Shown: positions 20,517 to 28,262 of the stretch, in pieces | How positions within the stretch are numbered: position 1 is the stretch's first letter | How the letters are laid out: each line of letters opens with the position of its first letter | DNA from: a virus | DNA length: 64,000 nt | Virus record (IMG/VR): IMGVR_UViG_3300021091_000020 | Span: 32,001 to 96,000 of that record | Reading direction: 5' to 3' (one strand) | The notes under the pieces: generated by a model | What the model was told of the DNA's origin: nothing | Database searches by the model: none | What the model saw: only the letters and a program-made list of their open reading frames with translations | Position numbers and translations under genes: made by a program

Positions 20517-21232
20517 TTGTTATCCAATTTTACTAAATAATATTTTGCATCATAGTCATCAATATCAAATTCAACTTTTGCCAAACCTTCTGATGAAACT
20601 TTGAGTGTTCCACCATTCAAATCTTTATTAGCAGCAAGAATACCATTGAAGTATTTAGCAGAGAAACTAATTGGTTCAATATCATCACTAGCATTACAAT
20701 CAATATCAATTGAGATACGATTTGAATTTGTATTTGAATAACCGAGAACAATTTGATACTTATTCAGTTTATCATTTTTTAATACCGTAAACTTTTCAAT
20801 ATCCGATAGAGCAGACTTTGCCTTGATGAATTTATCAATAAATTCTTTTGTAATTGTAATATCCAACTCAAACTTTGGCAATTCTTTCAAGTCTGGTGCA
20901 GGTGGAATAACTGCAAGGTCAGCCAACATATAATTTACAGTAGTTGATTTATCATCAATAGTCAATGAGAATGCCTTATCACCAGCACCATTCACTTGAA
21001 AGTTTACTGTGTTACCAAGAACACCAAGAAGACTTACAAGCAAGTCTGTGTTATACACACCAAACTTCCAATCATCACCTTGAAAACTTTTCAACTTAAC
21101 TTCGCCAACTACACATTTATCATCAGAAATAAAACGAGTGGAAAGCCCACCATTTGCATTCCAAGCAACAGACTGTATCAGCTTACCCAAATGATACTTA
21201 CTGATAAAGTTCAACAACTTTGATTTTTCCAT
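20513..21232 (-). CDS. gp45: DNA sliding clamp (T4 gp45-like)
   Basis: 239 aa with FGVYN and VSSEGLAKVEF...YYLV; lies between the DNA polymerase and the clamp loader. Confidence 0.75.
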   Translation of the reverse strand: MEKSKLLNFISKYHLGKLIQSVAWNANGGLSTRFISDDKCVVGEVKLKSFQGDDWKFGVYNTDLLVSLLGVLGNTVNFQVNGAGDKAFSLTIDDKSTTVNYMLADLAVIPPAPDLKELPKFELDITITKEFIDKFIKAKSALSDIEKFTVLKNDKLNKYQIVLGYSNTNSNRISIDIDCNASDDIEPISFSAKYFNGILAANKDLNGGTLKVSSEGLAKVEFDIDDYDAKYYLVKLDNN

Positions 21233-21267
21233 AACAACAATCCTTAATGAATAGTAAATAATTTATG

Positions 21268-21298
21268 CTAATATATGAAATTTTTGCGTAATTTCAAA
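21268..21298 (-). promoter_or_regulatory. Putative early/middle promoter
   Basis: TTGAAA-N16-TATATT(AG) upstream of the clamp gene. Confidence 0.45.
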
Positions 21299-23810
21299 AC
21301 GAAAAAAACTTTTGTGCAACTTTTTTATTCTCGGTTGGGAAATCCCACTGCATTGCCTCATAGAAATTTTTTAACTTGCCATCCAATTCCGAAACAAATA
21401 ATTCATTGGCATCAAAATAATCCTTGACAAATTGTATAATTTCTTCTGGATCCGAATCACCACGAAATGCCAACTCTTCCAATCCGTATTTGTTTGATTT
21501 CAAATAAGCAATCTTAACCTTATCACCATTTTTAATTGGCGGATATTTAGGAGGACAACCAAATATAGTCAATAACTTATTATAGTTTATAGCCGCCTTG
21601 ATATGTGATGGCGTTCCCTTTGCATACTTACCGAGAACATCATCTTTAACGGGAGTAGCATACTTTTTAATATCTTTTATTGAAGAAGTTTTTGCAACCT
21701 CGTTTATCAAAACATCATTCAAATTCTTTTTGAAAGTCAATATGTATTCATCAATTTCATTTTTATCTTTACCTTTGAGAATATCAATCATCACATCCTT
21801 CATACATTTTTGAAATGATTTGGGAAAAGATGAACGAACAATATCCAAACCTTTAACTTCCAACTTATCCATTGGAACACCGTTATCAGAAATAATCCAA
21901 AGTGCATATCTCTTTTTCTTTTGCCAGAATCCTGTTCTACCAATCATTTCTTGTTTGATTTCCAAACGATGTTTGTCAGTATTGAATATCTTTTTGGCAA
22001 AAACATCATAAAATTGATTGACATAATCTTGAACTTCCGTTGCAATCTCATAAATCTTCGGCGTCATTGTTTCAATATCGTTTGTATCAATATCCGGAAA
22101 TCTATTATTCACCAAAGGTAAACACGAAACAAACACAGAGTCAGTATCAACATACTGCACATAATCAATATCATCGGTTTTCAATTCTTTATTGTATTTC
22201 ATATTGATAGCAGCTTCTGTTTTCTTGATAACCGTTTGACCAGAAAGTGTAACTGCTTCTGCATTGTCAATATCATAAAAACGAAATGCAGGTAATCCCA
22301 AGATACCATACATACTATTCAAAAGAATTTTCTGAACAAGTTGTCTTTTCTTGTAAAACTCATACTTTTCTGTATTTCCAGCTTTACCCCACTTCTTCAT
22401 TTCATTTTTATATTCCACCCGTTTATCAAACCAATCTGAAAGAATTGCTGGAATAAGTCCTGTTTTATCTGAACTATACATGACACCATTTGATGAAACT
22501 GTATACTTGTATTTATCAAGAAATGCTTTTAATTTTTCTTTTGATATACGGTCATTGCCAACAATATATTCATCTTTTTTTCCACGAAGAAAATCCTCAG
22601 CATTCCAATCTTCAATCTTAGCAATCTTTGTTTCTGGAGAAATGTTTAGTGTCATAATGATTGACGGATATAGTGATGTCAAATCCAAGTCATACATCCA
22701 ATCATATCTACCCGGAACAGGATCCTTAACAAATGCACCGATAAATCCTTTCTCACCGCTCTCTTTCAATTCTTGCATCTTTTCTTGTCTATCAGCAGGT
22801 TTGTTCGGAGCAACAACACCGCCAATATGTTTAAGATAAGTAAGCATAGCACCTTCCAAATACTTTGATGAATATACAAAGTCTTCATAAGGAACATGGC
22901 CAACATGAGCGATACCACGAACTAAATCAATATACTGTAACTTCTTGTCCAATTCGATAACCAACTCAACGTCAGTAATGTTGTATTCTATAAATGTATC
23001 AATATCATTTTCCATCAAGTCATCAAGGTTGCCTTCATACTCAACCTTACCACGACCAAGTTCGGTCATACAAACTGCGTTTAGAGCATAAGATGGTAAT
23101 TCTTTATATGAGAATTTTTTATACACGGTCATATAATCTAACACGGATGTTCCACCGATTGTATAACGATTACGATATGGTGAATAAAACATTTCACCAA
23201 TTACTGAAAGACTATTTGCTTGTTTTTTACCAAGAACTCTTTTGATACGATTATACAAATATGGAATATCGAATGCATCACAATTCCATCCAGTCATAAT
23301 ATGGGGTTGGATTTCTTGAATAGCATCTATGAATTTAAGCAACAAAGTTTTTTCATCTGGACAAGGAATTACTTTTTTGTTTTCCGTAGTTTTATTTTCC
23401 AATTTTCTTTTCTTGTCCAATACAAGAATTGTATATTGGTTTGTTGCGGAATCATGGTAAGCAATAGATGTAACTTCGTTATTACCTTGTGTTGGATCAG
23501 GAATACCGGTAATCATTTCAACCTCAATATCAAATGTCATTGTAACAATTCCTTTCGAGGGCATATCGGAATCACTATACATATCAACAAGAATACGAGT
23601 TGTCTCTGCAATATCCGATTCAAATAGGTCAGGATCATTCTTTACAAAGTTTGTAACCTTTGAAAGTTTATCACCGTATAGAGAAATATATTTACCGTTA
23701 GGATCTTTCTTGTAAGCATAAGGCGTGTATTCAAAATGCATCAAACCTTTGGCATCATCCCACACCCATGCTTCTTTTGTATTTGTTTTAACAAAAATGT
23801 TTTGATACAT
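21294..23810 (-). CDS. gp43: Family B DNA polymerase (T4 gp43-like)
   Basis: Exonuclease motifs FDIEV, GWNCDAFD and YNITD; polymerase motifs DLTSLYPS, KILLNSMYG and YVDTDS. True start is most likely MYQNIF (ATG 23810). Confidence 0.95.
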   Translation of the reverse strand: MYQNIFVKTNTKEAWVWDDAKGLMHFEYTPYAYKKDPNGKYISLYGDKLSKVTNFVKNDPDLFESDIAETTRILVDMYSDSDMPSKGIVTMTFDIEVEMITGIPDPTQGNNEVTSIAYHDSATNQYTILVLDKKRKLENKTTENKKVIPCPDEKTLLLKFIDAIQEIQPHIMTGWNCDAFDIPYLYNRIKRVLGKKQANSLSVIGEMFYSPYRNRYTIGGTSVLDYMTVYKKFSYKELPSYALNAVCMTELGRGKVEYEGNLDDLMENDIDTFIEYNITDVELVIELDKKLQYIDLVRGIAHVGHVPYEDFVYSSKYLEGAMLTYLKHIGGVVAPNKPADRQEKMQELKESGEKGFIGAFVKDPVPGRYDWMYDLDLTSLYPSIIMTLNISPETKIAKIEDWNAEDFLRGKKDEYIVGNDRISKEKLKAFLDKYKYTVSSNGVMYSSDKTGLIPAILSDWFDKRVEYKNEMKKWGKAGNTEKYEFYKKRQLVQKILLNSMYGILGLPAFRFYDIDNAEAVTLSGQTVIKKTEAAINMKYNKELKTDDIDYVQYVDTDSVFVSCLPLVNNRFPDIDTNDIETMTPKIYEIATEVQDYVNQFYDVFAKKIFNTDKHRLEIKQEMIGRTGFWQKKKRYALWIISDNGVPMDKLEVKGLDIVRSSFPKSFQKCMKDVMIDILKGKDKNEIDEYILTFKKNLNDVLINEVAKTSSIKDIKKYATPVKDDVLGKYAKGTPSHIKAAINYNKLLTIFGCPPKYPPIKNGDKVKIAYLKSNKYGLEELAFRGDSDPEEIIQFVKDYFDANELFVSELDGKLKNFYEAMQWDFPTENKKVAQKFFSF

Positions 23811-23811
23811 A

Positions 23812-25038
23812 TTATACCTTTTTGAACATCCATATTGGTTCACAAAACTTTTTATCTTTATTCTCTTGAGCAAACTGAACACTATCATCAAGAAAGTGTC
23901 CGTCTCTTGTAGCTGTTCCTGCACCGGCAGAGTTAGGTCTTTTGGACATTTCCATTCCGATACATCCCAAGTATTCCATTCCACTCTCTACAAGAAAATC
24001 ATTCATCGGGTTTGTTATCTCTAACCATTGTCTACCCGTAGACCATGCGGAATTTGTGTAAACATCTGCAATGTTTATTGCCATGACACCACCAACTCGC
24101 AATGATGGTATAATATTTCCTAGTGTCTTTTGTAGAAAATCTTTATTCCACATATCAATTCCTTTATATCGAACCCAACTCTGTGTATCTGATTGTGAAT
24201 ACTTCTCAACATTGAAATACGGTGGTGATGTAAACACCAAATCAAAATGTTCTGGATATTGTGAGAAATCAAAATCTTCTGCTGGTGATTGATAGAAATT
24301 TGTTTTCTTCTTACCTTCAAAGAAACCTAAATTCTTTTCATAGAACTGGACTTGTTCATCATATATCGGATGGTTTTCTACTCTTGGATCCAATCCAACA
24401 TAATGTTCGGTGCAAGAGGCAGCGTAAAATCCCGCAAGTCTGTCACCCCATCCCATAGAAAAGTCTAATACATTTTTTGCACCTAACATTTCGTACATAC
24501 ACTTTGCAACATTAGGTTTGAACTGTGAACAAATGTATTTACGCAATCCTAACATTGTTCTCAATTCTGATTTACCGATTGTTTCCATTTTAAGAGAATA
24601 CATAGAACCCATAAGTGACTTCATAAACTTATGGTTTTGCCATGTTCTAGCAGGACCTGGTGATACGGATGCATCAACTTCCCAACGGTTCTTTTGTTGG
24701 AAATAGTTTGATGCATCGTTACCAGTATTAAGACGACTGAAATATAACTGTTTTCCACCATAAGTCAAAGCATATTTTGGTTCGGATGCTTTTCTTGGAA
24801 ACCACTCACCTTCTTTTAGAATTTCATTCCAACGAATACCTTTCAATTTTAGAAACTCGCTTTGAGCACTTTCGATTGTAATATCCGCATACGGTAGTGG
24901 ATATGTCATTGCTATTTCAGCCAGACGGTCTTTGACATATTCTTTATCAAAGTTTTCTTTTATGTATGTTATTTGTTCAGCAGTTATGGATAGATACGGA
25001 TTCATTCCGTAAAATTGTTGGAAATAATCTTCTTCCAC
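23812..25038 (-). CDS. Amino-methyltransferase-fold DNA modification enzyme (paralogue 1)
   Basis: SQFKP, VLDFSMGWGDRL, YVGLDP and FTSPPYFNVE. Confidence 0.75.
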   Translation of the reverse strand: MEEDYFQQFYGMNPYLSITAEQITYIKENFDKEYVKDRLAEIAMTYPLPYADITIESAQSEFLKLKGIRWNEILKEGEWFPRKASEPKYALTYGGKQLYFSRLNTGNDASNYFQQKNRWEVDASVSPGPARTWQNHKFMKSLMGSMYSLKMETIGKSELRTMLGLRKYICSQFKPNVAKCMYEMLGAKNVLDFSMGWGDRLAGFYAASCTEHYVGLDPRVENHPIYDEQVQFYEKNLGFFEGKKKTNFYQSPAEDFDFSQYPEHFDLVFTSPPYFNVEKYSQSDTQSWVRYKGIDMWNKDFLQKTLGNIIPSLRVGGVMAINIADVYTNSAWSTGRQWLEITNPMNDFLVESGMEYLGCIGMEMSKRPNSAGAGTATRDGHFLDDSVQFAQENKDKKFCEPIWMFKKV

Positions 25039-25051
25039 AAAACACCTTTTG

Positions 25052-25348
25052 TTAATCTATTGAATAAAAAGCACCTATACGGTCACGAAGGTCATATACT
25101 ATTTGATATTTTCTAATAAATTCCTCTTGTGAATACACAATAGGTTTATTTTCTTCAACTACAATATAAGAATTTGGAAAACATTTTTGACCATCACCGA
25201 ATGTAATTACATATTTGTTTTCAAAGTTTTCATTCCTACCTATAATACATTCCCATTTTTCAGATGCTTCTTTTGCAGATTGTTCGCTACCATTAAAATG
25301 ATAGGCACCGAATTTACTGCGTTTTGGTTCGACCATAACAAAATCCAT
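25052..25348 (-). CDS. Hypothetical protein
   Basis: 98-aa ORF tightly packed in the operon. Confidence 0.55.
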   Translation of the reverse strand: MDFVMVEPKRSKFGAYHFNGSEQSAKEASEKWECIIGRNENFENKYVITFGDGQKCFPNSYIVVEENKPIVYSQEEFIRKYQIVYDLRDRIGAFYSID

Positions 25349-25353
25349 AACAA

Positions 25354-25638
25354 TTATTTCCTCATAATTTTTGTTTTAACTTCTTTCATAAATTCTGTAT
25401 CATTATCGCGTATTACCGGATCAATATAAGTCTTTCCGTCTTTTGATGATGTCCAAGGATCAGAAATTTCATCTTCCTCCGGCATCATTATTTCTTCCAA
25501 TAATTCCAAATCACCATGAGTTGCGGTGATGTGATCTTTAATTTGTTTTCTACTCTTACGATGTGCATGGACTTTATCATATTTTTCAGAAATTCCAGCA
25601 TTGCCTATTATAGGATTTTTTCTATATGAACGGCTCAT
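25354..25638 (-). CDS. Small basic hypothetical protein (MSRSYRK...MRK type)
   Basis: Basic N-terminus, DPW..KDGK motif and an AAGG Shine-Dalgarno-like site. Confidence 0.6.
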   Translation of the reverse strand: MSRSYRKNPIIGNAGISEKYDKVHAHRKSRKQIKDHITATHGDLELLEEIMMPEEDEISDPWTSSKDGKTYIDPVIRDNDTEFMKEVKTKIMRK

Positions 25639-25658
25639 AATAATACCTTTAATAAAAA

Positions 25659-26306
25659 TTAAATGTCAATATCTTTCCAATCACCATTTGCAATAGTTTT
25701 TGTTGCCCATTTACCCATTATGTTTGCGTGTTTGTAGTAGTTATCTTCTATTATCGTTTCAAGTAATGTGGTTTCAAACATGAATGGTCTACCACTAACC
25801 TTTGTCATAAACTCACCACCTTGCCCCATCTTTCTATCTTTGAACTTAACTTCTTTACCAAAACCAGGATACGAACTTTCACAATCACTTGTTCCAATTA
25901 GTGTAGAACCATCGCCGTCTTTTGGAATATAGAGAATAGAATCCTGTTGATACTTACCGCCAAGATTTATCAAGTCTTCTCGCAATTTTCCTTTGTCTTT
26001 CAAATCAACAACAAAGTAAACATTTTCTTTAACTTCTTTTGCATCAGGTGTTCCGTAGTTTTCAATATAAGCACCTTGAACTGCAGTAACACCGTAACCC
26101 ATCATTTGAAGATTGGCATATAATTGTCTGTTTCTTTTTTGATTGTCACCTTTTGAATATGGTTTATCTTCAGCTGTAGCACAACCTTCTTTGGAACGAA
26201 ATGCAGTTATTGTGCCACAATCATGTTCTTCCATATGTTTTGACAATCGAGCAAGCCCACTCTCGTTTAATTGTTTATCTGGTAATAAATGTTTTAACTT
26301 TGCCAT
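25659..26306 (-). CDS. Conserved phage protein (DUF3293-like) with a leader peptide
   Basis: GTITAFR, NRQL...GY, G.Y.E and KYQQDSIL; N-terminal MAKLKHLL...LNE. Confidence 0.55.
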   Translation of the reverse strand: MAKLKHLLPDKQLNESGLARLSKHMEEHDCGTITAFRSKEGCATAEDKPYSKGDNQKRNRQLYANLQMMGYGVTAVQGAYIENYGTPDAKEVKENVYFVVDLKDKGKLREDLINLGGKYQQDSILYIPKDGDGSTLIGTSDCESSYPGFGKEVKFKDRKMGQGGEFMTKVSGRPFMFETTLLETIIEDNYYKHANIMGKWATKTIANGDWKDIDI

Positions 26307-26335
26307 TGTTTCTCTCTGTTATGTAAACTGTTTAC

Positions 26336-26344
26336 AATAAATAT
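26336..26344 (-). promoter_or_regulatory. ATATTTATT variant of the putative late promoter
   Basis: One mismatch to the motif, about 30 nt upstream of the 26306 start. Confidence 0.4.
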
Positions 26345-26349
26345 CAAAA

Positions 26350-26844
26350 TTATTTCTTATCTGTTGAACCAAAACCACCATCACCTCTATTACTATCGGA
26401 CAATTCTTTTACTTCTTCCAAGTGAACTTTTGGATATGGTATGATTACCAATTGAGCAACTTTGTCACCAATAACTGGAATTATTCCTTCGTTTACGCCT
26501 GAATATGGTAACTCAAATCTTACAAGAATTTCACCACGATAATTTGAATCAATAACACCTACTGAATTTTTAAGTGAGACACCTGGTGCCGATTTTGTAA
26601 TTGAACTTCTTGGAAATAGAAGTCCAACATGGCCATGTGGAATTTCTACAGCAATACCAGTTCCAAATTCCATAAAGGTATCTGATACTCTAAATGATGT
26701 TGCTGTCAAATCCATACCAGCATCACCATCTTGAGCATATTGTGGTGTTACTGCTTCTGAAACTAATTTACGAAATTTTACGGTTAGATCAAAATCATTT
26801 TTATATTCTACCGTAACATTAGGATTCGATGTATGCCAACCCAT
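26350..26844 (-). CDS. dut: Trimeric dUTPase
   Basis: AGMDL, PRSS, GVIDSNYRGE, AQL and RGDGGFGST. Confidence 0.95.
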   Translation of the reverse strand: MGWHTSNPNVTVEYKNDFDLTVKFRKLVSEAVTPQYAQDGDAGMDLTATSFRVSDTFMEFGTGIAVEIPHGHVGLLFPRSSITKSAPGVSLKNSVGVIDSNYRGEILVRFELPYSGVNEGIIPVIGDKVAQLVIIPYPKVHLEEVKELSDSNRGDGGFGSTDKK

Positions 26845-26845
26845 T

Positions 26846-27595
26846 TTAACCTCCTACATTCCAAAATAATGCATCTTCCGATGCGTGTTCTTTAATAAAT
26901 GACCAAACTTTTGAGTCATAGTAATCCGAAGAAGGAAATGGTGGCTTCTCTGCCGGTTTACATTTTTGTTCAAATTTATATTTCGATATGAATACTTCTG
27001 CCCTACCCCTCTCTCTGTCTGTTGTATTATGGCCAACCCTAACACCATAGACTTTTGCATCTGGCCATGCCCTCTGTAATCCTCTTGAAAGAACTCCCGA
27101 ACTTATACAAGACCAAACTTCTTTTGGTTTGATTGGCAACTGACTAGCAATTCTGGCAACTTCATCAATAACAACAGGATGATCAAGACCGAATGGCAAC
27201 AATTGTGTATCGGGTGTTTCAAGGGCATACTTTTTAGCAACACTTTGGATGTGTGTTAGAAACCCCATAGGAACTTCTATGATGTTTGCACCAATAGATA
27301 TTGCTTCTTCGGTTAGTGGTAAGTGTTTTCCTTTTGGAATAACAACGGTTGCCTTCAATCCTAAATCTTTACAAGCATAAGCAAGTGCTACTTGAGCATA
27401 GCCAACTCTTGGAGACGCATATACCCATTCACGAACATGGGATTGTGATTGAAGATAACGATAAAGGAAACGTCTTTTTGTTCCACCCGGAAGCAAATCA
27501 TCACGGACTACCCAAATGTTTTCGTGTTTTTCGATAACAATTTCAGGTAAAGTTATAGTGACATCTTTCGTGGGATATTGAAAGAAGTCTGTCAT
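26846..27595 (-). CDS. Fold-type II PLP-dependent enzyme (phage DNA-modification-associated type)
   Basis: VVRDDLLPGGTKRR (Schiff-base Lys), SSGVLSRGL phosphate loop, YYDSKVW and terminal LFWNVG. Confidence 0.75.
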   Translation of the reverse strand: MTDFFQYPTKDVTITLPEIVIEKHENIWVVRDDLLPGGTKRRFLYRYLQSQSHVREWVYASPRVGYAQVALAYACKDLGLKATVVIPKGKHLPLTEEAISIGANIIEVPMGFLTHIQSVAKKYALETPDTQLLPFGLDHPVVIDEVARIASQLPIKPKEVWSCISSGVLSRGLQRAWPDAKVYGVRVGHNTTDRERGRAEVFISKYKFEQKCKPAEKPPFPSSDYYDSKVWSFIKEHASEDALFWNVGG

Positions 27596-27603
27596 GTGTC
27601 ACC

Positions 27604-27861
27604 TTAAAGACTATTGATAATTTGTTCGTAATATGACATTGGTTTTAATCCAACAACTTGCTGAACTACTTTACCATGTTTTTCAAACAAAACAGTTGGA
27701 ACTGCACGAACACCATATTGTTGTGCTATTTCTGAATTTTGATCAATATCTATTTTTTGATAGCCAATCATTGGATATTCCCCAACTATTTTTTGTATGA
27801 TTGGCGTTAATTGTTTACACGGTTGGCACCATGCTGCTGTGAAATGTTTTATTGTAATCAT
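27604..27861 (-). CDS. trxA: Thioredoxin
   Basis: FTAAWCQPCK and YGVRAVPT. Confidence 0.9.
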   Translation of the reverse strand: MITIKHFTAAWCQPCKQLTPIIQKIVGEYPMIGYQKIDIDQNSEIAQQYGVRAVPTVLFEKHGKVVQQVVGLKPMSYYEQIINSL

Positions 27862-27892
27862 AATATATTACATATTGTTAAAAATGTATAAT

Positions 27893-27923
27893 CAAATATA
27901 TGAATTTTTGAAATAAAAAGCAA
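27893..27923 (-). promoter_or_regulatory. Putative early/middle promoter
   Basis: TTGCTT-N17-TATATT(TG) upstream of the thioredoxin/PLP/dUTPase genes. Confidence 0.55.
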
Positions 27924-27935
27924 GCAAATACTTTA

Positions 27936-28247
27936 TTAAAATTCATCACCTTCTATTTGTATGTCTTTTATACTTGAGAATATGGATGATAAAGAAAACC
28001 CACTATTTGAGTCCATCCCAGCAAAAAAGTTAGTGTCAGGCATATTTTCTCTATCATCTGTTTCTTCCAGAGGAATTGCTTCTTCGTCTGGTTCATTCAA
28101 TTCACCGAAAGAATTACATAATATTTGGTATATTTTATTGTCATACTCTACTATATGAGACATATCTGTAAAATCTTCGGTATCAAAGTTGTAATATGGT
28201 GCAGTTTCAAGTATGATACCTTTTTTATAGACATGTAAATTTTTCAT
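27936..28247 (-). CDS. Small acidic hypothetical protein
   Basis: Strong GGAGG SD; 23 D/E versus 6 K/R in 103 aa. Confidence 0.6.
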   Translation of the reverse strand: MKNLHVYKKGIILETAPYYNFDTEDFTDMSHIVEYDNKIYQILCNSFGELNEPDEEAIPLEETDDRENMPDTNFFAGMDSNSGFSLSSIFSSIKDIQIEGDEF

Positions 28248-28262
28248 AAAAAACCTCCAATT

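Noticed and set aside
23811-23984. 58-aa N-terminal extension of PolB overlapping MTase 1
   Set aside because: An ATG at 23810 sits 1 nt after the upstream stop and gives a normal N-terminus; the extension is an ORF-caller artefact.
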